A DNA stretch of 64,000 nucleotides, from contig CAVTCS010000003.1 in the NCBI GenBank assembly GCA_963733295.1, forward strand, positions 992,001-1,056,000, written 5' to 3'. Shown one piece after another: positions 41,034 through 51,460 of the stretch (its first letter is position 1; each line of letters opens with the position of its first letter). The notes beneath the pieces are model-generated. The model did no database searches. It had not been told where the DNA came from and saw only the letters and a list, made by a program, of their open reading frames with translations. This DNA is from Vulcanimicrobiota bacterium. Its GTDB lineage: Bacteria > Vulcanimicrobiota > Vulcanimicrobiia > Vulcanimicrobiales > Vulcanimicrobiaceae. A program made the translations under genes and the position numbers.

Positions 41034-41579
41034 CTACAGCAGCGGCTGAGGTTCGCCGTCGTAGCCGGGCTCTCCGGGAAACCGTCGCGAGTGATCGGAC
41101 CACACGACCTGTAAAACGGAAAACGTTCCGATCGCCGGCATCGGCGCATGCGCCGCAGCGGCGCCGATGAACGCGTAACGAGCGAAATCGCCTGAGGAGG
41201 AAGCGCTGCGGAATTTTACCGGATAGCCGACGAGGTAGTCCTCGTAGGGCTGACCGGGGTCGAACTGTTTTCCGGCGACGAGGTCTCGTGCAACGTGATT
41301 GAGGAGCGACTGCGCTATCGGTTCGCGCAAAGCGAATACGATGAGCTCGGGGAGACCCGCGGCGCCTAGGCCGAGCGAGAAGCTATACGGCGGACGCTGG
41401 TCGCGCGCGGTGAGCACGCGAAACAAGCGCTCCTGACTCGGCGGCGCCTGTTCGGGCGGCGCGGGAGCGGCAGGCGACTCGGAGACAGGCGGGGTGGGCG
41501 CGAGTGCGTTTGGGGCCGTTTCGGAGGCGGGAGTGGGCGTTCGTCGGCCAAACGGCCACCAGCGGGAGAACCAGCTCAG
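41034..41579 (-). CDS. DUF4262-like protein; start either CTG 41579 or TTG 41426
   Basis: PYSFSLGL...LPELIVFAL...LLN and [12 protein letters not shown]...QPLL; the frame is open up to the pckA stop. Confidence 0.65.
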   Translation of the reverse strand: MSWFSRWWPFGRRTPTPASETAPNALAPTPPVSESPAAPAPPEQAPPSQERLFRVLTARDQRPPYSFSLGLGAAGLPELIVFALREPIAQSLLNHVARDLVAGKQFDPGQPYEDYLVGYPVKFRSASSSGDFARYAFIGAAAAHAPMPAIGTFSVLQVVWSDHSRRFPGEPGYDGEPQPLL

Positions 41580-43129
41580 GGTGCGATCGCGACCGCTCGA
41601 ACTGCGGGGCTCACTTGTGCGGCGAAGCGCTCGAAGTTCTTCGCAAAGAGTTCTGCGAGCTTCGTCGCTTGCACGTCGTAGGCTGCGGCATCGCTCCAGG
41701 CATTGCGGGGGTTTAGCACGCCGTCGGGAACGCCGGGCACGCTTCGTGGAATCGCCAAGCCGAAGAACGGTTCGACGTCGTATTCGACGTTAGCCAACGA
41801 ACCGTCGAGAGCGGCGTTCACCATGGCGCGCGTGTGCTGGATCGACATGCGCTTTCCGACGCCGTATCCACCACCGCTCCAGCCGGTGTTGACAAGCCAG
41901 CACGACACGTGGTGTTGGGCGATGCGTTCGCCGAGCAACTTCGCGTAGACGGTCGGATGGTGAACCATGAACGGCGCCCCGAAACACGTCGAGAAGGTCG
42001 CGACCGGCTCGTTCACACCGCGCTCGGTACCGGCCACCTTCGCCGTGTATCCCGAGAGGAAGTGATACATCGCCTGTTCGGGTGAGAGTCGCGAGATCGG
42101 CGGCAGGACGCCGAACGCATCCGCCGTCAACATGAGGATCGTGCGCGCGTGACCCGCCGCAAGGCCGGGCACAACGTTGGGATTGAATTCGATCGGATAC
42201 GCCGAACGCGTGTTTTCCGTCTTCGTCTCGGAGTTAAGATCGAGCTGGCGCGTGATGGGATCGACCGGAACGTTCTCGACGATCGTACCGAAGCGATGCG
42301 ACGCAGCCCAGATCTCGGGTTCGGCCTTTTGGGAAAGCCGGATGACTTTTGCGTAGCATCCGCCTTCGAAGTTGAAGACGCCGTCGGACGACCAGCCATG
42401 CTCGTCATCACCGATCAAAGGTCTGCTCGAATCTGCCGACAGCGTGGTCTTGCCGGTACCCGAAAGGCCGAAGAAGATGGCGACGTCGCCCTCCCGGCCG
42501 ACGTTGGCGCCGCTGTGCATCGGCAACACGCCTCGCAGCGGCATCAAATAGTTCATGATCGTGAAGACCGACTTTTTGATTTCGCCGGCATAGCGGGTAC
42601 CGCCGATCAAAACGATCCGTCGCGCGAAGTTGATCAGGACGAACGTACCGCTACGAGTTCGGTCGCGCACCGGATCGGCGCTGAAGCGCGCGGCGTCGAC
42701 GACGGTGAACTCCGGTGCGAAATCTTCCGGCAGAGCGTGCGGATTCAAAAACAGGTTGTGCGCGAAGAGACTGTGCCAGGCTTCTTCGGTTACGATGCGG
42801 ATCGGCAGACGATAACGCGGATCGGCTCCGACGTAGGTGTCGAGCACGTAGACCTCGCGCCCGCGCAGATAGGCGGAGACGCGCTCGAAAAGTGCGTCGA
42901 AGACCGATTCGTCGACGGGACGATTGGTCTCGCCCCAATCGATCTGCCCTTCGCTCGAGGATTCTTTGACGAAAAACTTGTCCTTCGGCGAACGCCCGGT
43001 GTGCTGGCCCGTCTCGACGACGAGCTGGCCGTCGGCTCCCAATGCGCCTTCCTCGCGCTCGAGCGCCGCTTCGTAAAGTGCGGCGACGGACAAGTTGTGG
43101 CGTACGGTGCCGAGCTCTCGTACCCCCAA
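41576..43129 (-). CDS. pckA: Phosphoenolpyruvate carboxykinase (ATP)
   Basis: [46 protein letters not shown]; true start may be further upstream (43189). Confidence 0.95.
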   Translation of the reverse strand: MGVRELGTVRHNLSVAALYEAALEREEGALGADGQLVVETGQHTGRSPKDKFFVKESSSEGQIDWGETNRPVDESVFDALFERVSAYLRGREVYVLDTYVGADPRYRLPIRIVTEEAWHSLFAHNLFLNPHALPEDFAPEFTVVDAARFSADPVRDRTRSGTFVLINFARRIVLIGGTRYAGEIKKSVFTIMNYLMPLRGVLPMHSGANVGREGDVAIFFGLSGTGKTTLSADSSRPLIGDDEHGWSSDGVFNFEGGCYAKVIRLSQKAEPEIWAASHRFGTIVENVPVDPITRQLDLNSETKTENTRSAYPIEFNPNVVPGLAAGHARTILMLTADAFGVLPPISRLSPEQAMYHFLSGYTAKVAGTERGVNEPVATFSTCFGAPFMVHHPTVYAKLLGERIAQHHVSCWLVNTGWSGGGYGVGKRMSIQHTRAMVNAALDGSLANVEYDVEPFFGLAIPRSVPGVPDGVLNPRNAWSDAAAYDVQATKLAELFAKNFERFAAQVSPAVRAVAIAP

Positions 43130-43334
43130 CTCTTCGAGCTGCGAACGGAGAGCTTCGTGGTTTGCCTGGTCGGGAAGCGTTAGGATGATCGTGTACCTCG
43201 AGCGGGTGGCCGGGAAACTTTCTTTCCGGCTTCCTCTTTACCCGCCATCCCGTCGGAAAAGCGACGGCGAGAGCGCTCCGCGTGACGTCGCGCCGAAAGG
43301 GCGTCCGCTCTCACACGGGCGAATCGGCGTTGGA

Positions 43335-44519
43335 ATGAGGCGGCACTTGGGCCAGACGATCGCGTGCGTGGCACTCTTCGCGCTGACGCTTCCGGCGATC
43401 GCCGCCGACGACCGGATCCCGGTCGGCGTACTACCGGCCGGGGCTCTCGACGCGCTGACCGACGTGCCCGGAGTGATGGTCGGGCAGATAACGAAAATCG
43501 AGGGTGCGGCGGGTCCTCTCGTGCCCGGGAAAGGTCCGGTCCGAACCGGCGTGACCGCCATCTTGCCAAACGGCGATATTTGGAACCACCGGGTCGCCGC
43601 TGCGACTTACGTCTTGAACGGAAACGGCGAGATGACCGGCACTCACTGGATCGATGAGGCCGGCTTTCTCGAGGCGCCGATCGCGCTGACGAACACGCTC
43701 GACGTCGGGCGTGTCGACGACGGCGTCATCGAGTGGATGCTCAAGCGCTATCCAAACCTCGGCGTCCACGACGACGTACCGCTGCCGGTCGTCGCGGAGT
43801 GCGACGATCAGGGACTCAACGACATCCAGGGGCGGCACGTTACTGCGAGCGATGCAGTCGCGGCGCTCGACGCGGCTCGCGTCGGTTCTTTTCCGCGCGG
43901 CGACGTCGGGGCCGGCACCGGCATGCATGCCTTTGGATTTAAGGGCGGCATCGGAACCGCTTCGCGAGTCGTTTCGAAGGCGAGCGGCGGCTACACCGTG
44001 GGAGTACTCGTGAACGCGAACACCGGTTCGCGCGCCGAATTGCAGATCGACGGCGTCCCGGTAGGTCGCTTACTGCAACACGAGTATCTGCCGGTCTTCC
44101 CGCATCCGGCCGCGCTGCGCAACACCGGCCGGGCGGCCGACGGCAGCATCATCGTGGTGCTCGCGACCGATGCGCCGCTCGACGCGCGTCAACTGCGCGA
44201 GCTGCTGAAGCGCGCGGTTTTGGGGCTCGGCCGGACCGGACTCACCTCGCACGTTTCGAGTGGCGATCTGCTCGTTGCTTTTAGCACGACCCGCATCTAT
44301 GCGCGCAATACGTCGGGTACGCCGCCGGCTCAAATCCTAGCCGACGAGGACGCCCTCGATGCGCTCTTCGCGGCGACCGCCGAGGCGAGCGAGGCGGCCG
44401 TCGTCGACGCGTTGCTCTCGGCACGCACGCTGTCGGGTGCGCGAGGCCTCACGTTGTACGGGCTTCCGGCGGCGCGGGTCCGCGAACTCCTGAAGAACGC
44501 GAGCGCGCTCAGCCGGTAG
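43335..44519 (+). CDS. Secreted P1/S58 (DmpA-like) aminopeptidase
   Basis: Signal peptide, LTDVPGV, RTGVTAILP, NGNGEMTG, GAGTGM, FKGGIGTASR, DGSII self-cleavage site, SGD. Confidence 0.85.
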   Translation: MRRHLGQTIACVALFALTLPAIAADDRIPVGVLPAGALDALTDVPGVMVGQITKIEGAAGPLVPGKGPVRTGVTAILPNGDIWNHRVAAATYVLNGNGEMTGTHWIDEAGFLEAPIALTNTLDVGRVDDGVIEWMLKRYPNLGVHDDVPLPVVAECDDQGLNDIQGRHVTASDAVAALDAARVGSFPRGDVGAGTGMHAFGFKGGIGTASRVVSKASGGYTVGVLVNANTGSRAELQIDGVPVGRLLQHEYLPVFPHPAALRNTGRAADGSIIVVLATDAPLDARQLRELLKRAVLGLGRTGLTSHVSSGDLLVAFSTTRIYARNTSGTPPAQILADEDALDALFAATAEASEAAVVDALLSARTLSGARGLTLYGLPAARVRELLKNASALSR

Positions 44520-44533
44520 GTGCGCCGGCGGCG

Positions 44534-45835
44534 CTATGCGGCGAAGTGGTTTTTCGTGGGCGAGGCCGGTGCCGTCGTGGGTGTTTGCTGCGAGAAGTCG
44601 GGCGTAATGAAGAGCGGCTTCATCGTGAGAATCGCGTCGACCGAATCGTCGCCGACCGTGAGGTGGCAGAGCGCTTGGTTGCGGTTCATCGAGAACAGTG
44701 AGGTCGTTTCGATACGGTTGCTATTGTGCTTCGTCGCGCGATCGAGCGTGTTCAGCGTCTCGTCGTCGTCGGTCTTGTAGAAGATCTTCTGCGTGAAGTT
44801 CTGCAGCGCCGCGTCGACGTGGTGGCGCGGGAGTACCGAGTAGAGCGAGGAGACGCCTTGCGTGGTTGCGAGCACCATGCAGCCTGCCGAGCGGATGACC
44901 CCGAGCGACTGGATGTCTGACTCGGAGATACACAGCTGGTACTCGTCGACGCCGAAGACGACCGGACGCGTTTGGTCGAGCGAGGGATCCGAACGCCGGT
45001 TCTCGAGCGCGGTGAAGAAACGCCGCTTGGCGAGCGTGTAGATCGCTTGCGCCGCACGCTCGTAGCGCGAGCGCGGGACGTGCAGAACGATGACCTTCCC
45101 GGTGAAGACCGACTCAACCGAGACGAGGTTGTGCTTGCGCGCGAAGGTCTTAGAGATTTGAACGTCGCGCAGCGGTTCGAGAAGCTGCGAGACCGCGAAC
45201 TGCACCGCGCGGCGCGTCTCGGGCGTGAACTGCAGGTAGCGCGTATCCTCGTACGACATCGCTTCGCGGATCGTCCAAGCTTCGTCTGAATTATGGTCGA
45301 GGCCACGCAAACGTTCGCTCGCCTGGATACGAACCATTGCCGCGAACTTGTCGTCGAAGCAGTACGACGTCAAATGCTCGAAGGTGTAGTACTGCGTTCC
45401 CGCGGCGCGTAGCATGCGCAGCGCGTTCTTCATCCGGGCAACCGCTGCATCGATCCAGGTCTTCGCGTCTTCGCCGATGCGCCCGAACGTGTCGCGAAAG
45501 TACATCGCGTCGACATCGGGGCTGCCGCTGAGCAAGTCGAGGCCGACGGCACTTCCCGGCTCTATCACCAGACACTCGCGTCCGGCCCGGCGCGCGATCT
45601 CGACGGCCTCACCGACGGCTTCGGCCTTTGCGGCGATGACGAAGGCGCCCGCACCCAACCGGCCCAGCATGTCGGTCAACATCGGGTTGAACGAGCGCGT
45701 CGTCTTCCCGGAACCTGAATTGCCGAAAATGATCGTGTGCCGGCACAGGTCGTCGATCCCGAAGGTGACCTGCCGCTCGGGCGTCCCGAGCGTAATGGTG
45801 CGCTGTCCGTAAGACTGCGTCTGCTGTGCGTCCAT
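44534..45835 (-). CDS. VirD4/TraD/HerA-like P-loop ATPase without membrane anchor
   Basis: RHTIIFGNSGSGKT Walker A, VFGVDEYQ Walker B, RSAGCMVLATTQ, NFTQKIFYK. Confidence 0.75.
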   Translation of the reverse strand: MDAQQTQSYGQRTITLGTPERQVTFGIDDLCRHTIIFGNSGSGKTTRSFNPMLTDMLGRLGAGAFVIAAKAEAVGEAVEIARRAGRECLVIEPGSAVGLDLLSGSPDVDAMYFRDTFGRIGEDAKTWIDAAVARMKNALRMLRAAGTQYYTFEHLTSYCFDDKFAAMVRIQASERLRGLDHNSDEAWTIREAMSYEDTRYLQFTPETRRAVQFAVSQLLEPLRDVQISKTFARKHNLVSVESVFTGKVIVLHVPRSRYERAAQAIYTLAKRRFFTALENRRSDPSLDQTRPVVFGVDEYQLCISESDIQSLGVIRSAGCMVLATTQGVSSLYSVLPRHHVDAALQNFTQKIFYKTDDDETLNTLDRATKHNSNRIETTSLFSMNRNQALCHLTVGDDSVDAILTMKPLFITPDFSQQTPTTAPASPTKNHFAA

Positions 45836-46016
45836 GAACTCCGTCTCTAGCCTAGCCAGGCCTAGGCTCTACATCGACTTTCCCCAGATAAAATTGAGCA
45901 CGCCGCCTTGATTGCCTGCACTCGAGACTCCCCAGATCCGCCCGTAGCCGGGTGGATGCAATCACATTTACGTCCGAAGTTCGAACGCTTGCTCGGTTGG
46001 TCCGATCCGGGAGAAC

Positions 46017-46958
46017 CTACGCGGGGGCGAGGTCGTGCGCCGACAGGATTTTATTGGGCGAGATGACGTGGCGTTTCATGCCGAGACTCCCTGCGTCCAC
46101 ACCGAGCGCGAGCGCGACGAGCTGCGGCAAGTGGAACGTCGGCAGATCGGTGCGACCCCAGCGGGCCGCCGAGTCGGCTTGATATCCGTCGAGCGCGAGA
46201 TGGCAGAGCGGGCACGGGGTGAGGACGGCCTCGGCTCCTTTGTCCTTCGCCATTCGCATGTTCTGCCCGACCATGTTGGCAGCGATCCCGTCTTTTTCGA
46301 GCTGCACGTGAAAGCCGCAGCAACGCGTCTTGCCGGCGTAGTCGACGGCTTCACCGCCGAGCGCTTCGATCAAGTCTTCGAGCGAGTGCGGATTGCGCGA
46401 CGACTCCCAGCCGTTGACGCTCTCGGGCCGGATGATGTGGCAACCATAGAACGGTGCGACTTTCAGGCCGTTGAGCGGTTTTTGGACCATCGAGCGAAGC
46501 GCGTCTAGGCCGATGTCGTCGATTAGCAGCCAGAGCAAATGCCGTACCGAGACGCTGCCTTGATACGACGCGTTGAACTTGCCGAGAATGGCGTTGGCCT
46601 GTTCCATGCGCGATTCGTCTTCGAGCAGCTCTTTGTTTGCAGCGCGCATGTGGCCGGTACAGGTCGAGCAAATCGTGATCACGTCGTCTAAGCCGAGCGC
46701 TTCGGCCTGCGCGTACGTGCGTGCGTTGAGCACCCGCGCGACGTCGCGATTGACGTCGTTGAGGACCGAAGCGCCGCAGCACGATGCCGCGGTGAGCTCG
46801 ATCAGTTCGATCCCGAGTTTGTCGGCGAGCAGCATCGTCGAGTTGAAGAGTTCGGTGCACGATTCTTTGGCGACGCAGCCCGGGAAGAACCCGTACCGTT
46901 TGCTTTGGGCGGACTTGGAGCGCGCCTTCGCGGGCGCGGTTGCGGTTGCGGCAGTCAC
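46017..46958 (-). CDS. CCG-domain Fe-S subunit (HdrB/SdhE-like)
   Basis: FFPGC, SCCGA, ICSTC, FYGCH, RCCG, TPCPLCHLALD. Confidence 0.88.
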   Translation of the reverse strand: MTAATATAPAKARSKSAQSKRYGFFPGCVAKESCTELFNSTMLLADKLGIELIELTAASCCGASVLNDVNRDVARVLNARTYAQAEALGLDDVITICSTCTGHMRAANKELLEDESRMEQANAILGKFNASYQGSVSVRHLLWLLIDDIGLDALRSMVQKPLNGLKVAPFYGCHIIRPESVNGWESSRNPHSLEDLIEALGGEAVDYAGKTRCCGFHVQLEKDGIAANMVGQNMRMAKDKGAEAVLTPCPLCHLALDGYQADSAARWGRTDLPTFHLPQLVALALGVDAGSLGMKRHVISPNKILSAHDLAPA

Positions 46959-47911
46959 GCGACGGGTACCTCCAGAGTTTCGAAGACGGTGCGGACCTCG
47001 CCGACCTTGTCGATCGGATGCAAGAAGAGCGGCGGAATCTTGCCTCGAGCCGCCATGCGCAGACCGAGCGGCGCGACCTTCAGCAGGCCGCGAATGTTGA
47101 ACCGCCCGACCGTTCCGACGATCACTTCATTTTCGTTGAGCATCCCGCTCTGCTTGATGGTTTTCGCGACGACCAGCGCGTGGCGCGGTCCGGCGGCGTT
47201 CGTCAGGCCGGCTTGGACGGTTGCGCGCTTCGTGTCGATGATCCGGTCGTGCGGTTCGACGTGCTTGGGACAGTACGAGCAGGCGTAGCAATGCGCGCAG
47301 AGCCAAAGGTAATCGTCGGAAATCTGAGCGAGGCGTTCGTTGCGTTTGTCGTCGCGGACGTCTTCGATGAAGCGGTAGGCGTACGAGATCGCCGCGGGTC
47401 CGGCGAACGACGGATCGACGCTCACGACCGGGCAGAGGGCGTAGCAGGTCGCGCACATGACGCAGTTCGCGACCGCGACCAGCTTGCGCATGTCCTCGGG
47501 TGAAACGCGCCGTTCGCGCTCGTGATCCTGGTCGCGATCCTTCGGTTGCAGGTACGGCTTGAGGCGCGAGTACTTGTCCCAAAACGGGTCCATGTGGACG
47601 ACCATGTCCTTCATGGGCGCGAAATTCGGCATCGGGTCGATCTTGATCGAGCGGTCTCGGCGCAGGACGGTCGAGATCGGAGTCTTGCAGGCGAGACCGG
47701 TGACGCCGTTGATGTTCATCGAGCAAGAACCGCAAATTGCCGAACGGCACGAGCGTCGAAACGTAATCGAGCCGTCGACTTCCGCCTTGGCGTATTCGAG
47801 TGCGTCGAGGACCGTCGAGGTCTCGGGAAAATCGATATCGACGCGGTCGCGGTGCGGTTCGGCGTCGACGGCCTGATCGTAGCGGAAGAGATCGAGGGTT
47901 ATCGTGGCCAT
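46955..47911 (-). CDS. sdhB: Succinate dehydrogenase/fumarate reductase Fe-S subunit
   Basis: RRSCRSAICGSC...LAC, CVMCATCYALCP, CAHCYACSYCP; ATG at 47911. Confidence 0.9.
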   Translation of the reverse strand: MATITLDLFRYDQAVDAEPHRDRVDIDFPETSTVLDALEYAKAEVDGSITFRRSCRSAICGSCSMNINGVTGLACKTPISTVLRRDRSIKIDPMPNFAPMKDMVVHMDPFWDKYSRLKPYLQPKDRDQDHERERRVSPEDMRKLVAVANCVMCATCYALCPVVSVDPSFAGPAAISYAYRFIEDVRDDKRNERLAQISDDYLWLCAHCYACSYCPKHVEPHDRIIDTKRATVQAGLTNAAGPRHALVVAKTIKQSGMLNENEVIVGTVGRFNIRGLLKVAPLGLRMAARGKIPPLFLHPIDKVGEVRTVFETLEVPVA

Positions 47912-49590
47912 CAGTACGTTCTCACCGTCGGCTGCCATTTGGTAAACGTGACTTTGCGATCGTAGTCGATTTTCGGATCGCCCCCCGTGTAGTTGAAGCG
48001 GGAGTGCACGAGCCATTTCTCGTCGTCCCGGTCGGGGAAGTCGGTACGGGCCTGGGCCCCGCGGGACTCCGTGCGGCTGAGCGCACCGTGAGCGATCGCT
48101 TGCGCGATGTCGACGAGGAATTCCGTCTCGAGCATGCCGACCAGATCCGTGTTGAAGGTCTTCGACTTGTCCATGACCGTCATCGTCTTCGCAGCCTCTC
48201 GGACTTTGCGCAGTTCGTCGATCGCGACCCCGAGTCCCGTTGCATCCCGGAAGATGAAAACGTTCTCCGACATCGCGGCGTTCATCGCTTTGCGAACGTG
48301 CGAGTGACGCTCGCCGCCCGAGCGCGTCAAAATTCCGTCGATCCGCTCCTGCTCCGCTTTCAGCGTGCGCTCGGAACGGCGCACGGTGCCCTGACTCTTG
48401 ATGTAGTCGATCGCGTGACGGGCCGAGCGGGAGCCGAATACGATCGTCTCCAGCAGCGAATTACCGCCGAGCCGGTTCGCACCATGGACGCTGACGCAGG
48501 CGCACTCGCCGGCGGCGTACACGCCGGGAATTTTCGTCTGGCCGAATTTGTCGGTCTCGATGCCGCCCATCGCGTAGTGCATGCCGGGCAGGATCGGAAT
48601 CGGGGCGTCGATCGCATCGAGACCGGTCGCGTCGAGGGCGAGTTCGCGGATCTGCGGCAGGCGCTCGAGGATCTTTTCGCGTCCGAGGTGACGCAGGTCG
48701 AGGAACACGCAGCCATCGACGCCGCGACCCTCGAGGATCTCGGTCCACTCTGCGCGCGAAACGACGTCGCGCGAGGCCAGCTCGCCTTTGTTCGGTGCGT
48801 ACTTGAACATGAAGCGCTCGCCGTCTTTATTCAAGAGGTAGGCGCCTTCGCCGCGAGCGGCTTCGGAAAGCAGCACGCCGTTGACTTTGAGCGAGGTGGG
48901 GTGAAACTGCACGAACTCCATATCCATCAGCGGGATGCCCGCGCGATATGCGATCGCCGTCCCGTCGCCGGTCGAGGCGTAGCCGTTCGTGGTCTTGGCG
49001 TACACTCGGCCGAGACCGCCGGTCGCGAAGATCGTCGCTTTGGCTGAAACGAGTTCGAGCTCACCGGTGCGTATGTTGTAGGCCACGACGCCGGCGCCGA
49101 CGCCGTCCTCGACGCAGAGCGCGGTGGCGAAATATTCCTCGTAGACTTTAACGCCGAAACGTTCGAGCTGCTCCCACAGCGTGTGCAGGATGACCAAACC
49201 GGTCACGTCGGCGGAGTAACAGGTTCGCGGCGACCCGGCGCCGCCGAACGGCCGCTGCGCGATGCGCCCGTCGGGAAGTCGCGAGAAGATGCACCCGCGA
49301 TGCTCGAGCCAGACGATCTGGCGCGGCGCGTCGTCGGCCATCGCTTCGATGGCGTCCTGGTCGCCGAGATAGTCGGAACCTTTGACGCAGTCGAAGGCGT
49401 GGTTTTCCGGCGAGTCGTCTTCGCGGTTGCCGAGCGCGGCGTTAATGCCACCTTGTGCCGCGCCTGAGTGGCTGCGCACCGGGTGCATTTTGGAAACGAT
49501 CGCCACGTCGGCGCCCGCTTCGGCCGCCTCGACCGCAGCCCGCATTCCGGCTAGTCCGCCGCCGACGACCACGACATCGTGCTCGATCAA
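47911..49590 (-). CDS. sdhA: Succinate dehydrogenase/fumarate reductase flavoprotein
   Basis: [53 protein letters not shown]. Confidence 0.92.
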   Translation of the reverse strand: MIEHDVVVVGGGLAGMRAAVEAAEAGADVAIVSKMHPVRSHSGAAQGGINAALGNREDDSPENHAFDCVKGSDYLGDQDAIEAMADDAPRQIVWLEHRGCIFSRLPDGRIAQRPFGGAGSPRTCYSADVTGLVILHTLWEQLERFGVKVYEEYFATALCVEDGVGAGVVAYNIRTGELELVSAKATIFATGGLGRVYAKTTNGYASTGDGTAIAYRAGIPLMDMEFVQFHPTSLKVNGVLLSEAARGEGAYLLNKDGERFMFKYAPNKGELASRDVVSRAEWTEILEGRGVDGCVFLDLRHLGREKILERLPQIRELALDATGLDAIDAPIPILPGMHYAMGGIETDKFGQTKIPGVYAAGECACVSVHGANRLGGNSLLETIVFGSRSARHAIDYIKSQGTVRRSERTLKAEQERIDGILTRSGGERHSHVRKAMNAAMSENVFIFRDATGLGVAIDELRKVREAAKTMTVMDKSKTFNTDLVGMLETEFLVDIAQAIAHGALSRTESRGAQARTDFPDRDDEKWLVHSRFNYTGGDPKIDYDRKVTFTKWQPTVRTY

Positions 49591-49609
49591 GCTCGCCCCT
49601 CGAAGTTCG

Positions 49610-49641
49610 TGAAAATTGTTTTCAACGTACAGGTTATAGCA
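49610..49641 (-). promoter_or_regulatory. sdhA extended -10 promoter with a downstream inverted repeat
   Basis: Minus-strand TGcTATAAC (49641-49633) followed by TGAAAA-N3-TTTTCA (49610-49624). Confidence 0.45.
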
Positions 49642-49717
49642 CCGCCGAGGATGTCCTTAAAGTACCTACGTCGCACGCTTGTTCGCGTGCGGGGGGAGGC
49701 TTGCGGCGCGGCGGAGG

Positions 49718-51256
49718 CTAGCGGCTGAAGCTGGGCGGCGCGGGAGCGGGCAATTTAATGAGCGTCCCGAGCGAGTTCCATGCCGTCGTCGCCGGTAACA
49801 CCTCGAAACCCGCGTTGCTCCAATGACGCTCGTCGGAGAACGGGACGTTGTCGATCCAGTAGTTCTCCCACGGCGAAGCGTTCTTCAAAGAAGCGAGTTC
49901 GGCGGCCGAGTGCTCGAGCGAATGGGTGAAATAGAGCTTCGCCTGGGCGAACGGCAGGGGCGTGGGCAGGTCGTACTCGCTTAGGCGAACGCCGTTTTCG
50001 AAGATCGCAAAGTGGGATTGGGAGACGAAAAAGTCCCAGCGCTCGCGGTTGTCCAGACCCAGATCGGGGCCCGAGCGAAAACTCTCGTGAAGCGAACCCG
50101 GGCCGCCCAACACTCGCTCGGTAACCGGGACGCCGCCGCGCGTCCCGGCGAACTCGTCGACGAGCAACGGACTGCCAGAGCTGCCCTGCATTTCAAAGAA
50201 GAGGGCGCTCGCGCTTCGGTTCGGCGTCCCGGTCCAGGCCGGCGAGATCAGCGGATCGGTCGCCGGAGCCAGGTCGAGGCTGAGCGTGCGCCGGCTCGAC
50301 AAGTGCGAATCGACCTCGAACGTTGCGTGGAGGATGCGGCCACCCGAGAAGTCGGCAGTCGCATTCGGCACCAGCGCGAGGGATGCTCGCGCGGCGCGCG
50401 CGGACGGATTGGCTCGAGCGGTCGACTGATCGAAGAGCACGTCGTTGAACTGTCCGCCCGCGATGAACGCGCTCGTGTTTGCGACGTCGGCGTTGTCGAC
50501 GAGTATCGTCCAGCTATCCGGCGGCCGGCCGAGCGTGAAGGTTTCGCTACCGGCGATCGGGTCGGCCGGGACGATGCGGTTGAGCGTCGTGGCTTCCTCG
50601 GCGGCGAAGCCGTCGAAGAAGATCTGGCCGGCGGCCGAAGTCGACGGCAAAGCGGGGATTGTGGTTCCCGATACCGTGAACGGCGCCGACCGGGCGATCA
50701 GGCCCGGGACGTTGCTCGGACAGCCGCGCCCGTTGCTTGCGACGACGCCGTTCGAAGCCGGTCCGGTGTCACCGCCCGGGACGAACGTCGCCGCTTCGAG
50801 CTGATCCACAGTAGCCGGCGCCCGCACCGCGGACACGGGCAGGGCGCATCCCTGGGGCAAGGGTGGATCGAAACCGCTGACGGCGGTGGCGGGAAAAGGT
50901 CCGAGGTGGTCGACGGCTTCGACGACGAGGGTCGCGCGCCGCCCGGGAGCGAGGCCATTCCACTGGATTTGCAGGCTCGGCACCAGTTGCGATTTGCGCG
51001 ACTGCGCCTGCACGAGCCCCGCGTACTTCATATGAGTGGGGTCGGAAGCGTCGTAGACGCGATAGTCGGCCGCGCCGGGTACGGCGTCGAAACCGACCGT
51101 CGCGCTCGACGTCCCGGACGCGACGTTGCGTACGACCAGGACCGAAGGCGCGTCCACGCTTGACGGCGGGGAAGCCGGGCCAAACGAGGAGAGGGCCCCG
51201 CCCGAGCAGGCGGAGACGGCGAAGACGACGAGCCCTAAGAGTCCTAGCCGTTTCAT
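49718..51256 (-). CDS. Hypothetical lipoprotein
   Basis: MKRLGLLGLVVFAVSAC lipobox; beta-rich mature region of unrecognised family. Confidence 0.7.
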   Translation of the reverse strand: MKRLGLLGLVVFAVSACSGGALSSFGPASPPSSVDAPSVLVVRNVASGTSSATVGFDAVPGAADYRVYDASDPTHMKYAGLVQAQSRKSQLVPSLQIQWNGLAPGRRATLVVEAVDHLGPFPATAVSGFDPPLPQGCALPVSAVRAPATVDQLEAATFVPGGDTGPASNGVVASNGRGCPSNVPGLIARSAPFTVSGTTIPALPSTSAAGQIFFDGFAAEEATTLNRIVPADPIAGSETFTLGRPPDSWTILVDNADVANTSAFIAGGQFNDVLFDQSTARANPSARAARASLALVPNATADFSGGRILHATFEVDSHLSSRRTLSLDLAPATDPLISPAWTGTPNRSASALFFEMQGSSGSPLLVDEFAGTRGGVPVTERVLGGPGSLHESFRSGPDLGLDNRERWDFFVSQSHFAIFENGVRLSEYDLPTPLPFAQAKLYFTHSLEHSAAELASLKNASPWENYWIDNVPFSDERHWSNAGFEVLPATTAWNSLGTLIKLPAPAPPSFSR

Positions 51257-51460
51257 CTTTACAAGACAGAAGAGGAGGGAGCGCAAGGAGCCGTTGTCTC
51301 AGGAATTCGGCTGACCGGCCCGGAAACCCAAGCTTGGAAGCGTCGATGAGCGGCACTGCCGCAGATGTGTGACCCGCAGCGCGCATTCGACGGAAGCGGC
51401 GCCCGGAAGCCGGTCGCCCAGACGGAGGTAGCCCGGCCCGCATCCCCAAACCCGGGCCAC

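Noticed and set aside
30253..45835. Integrative conjugative element suggested by VirB1-like and VirD4-like genes
   Set aside because: No relaxase, VirB4, integrase, att repeats or obvious compositional shift; the intervening genes are metabolic
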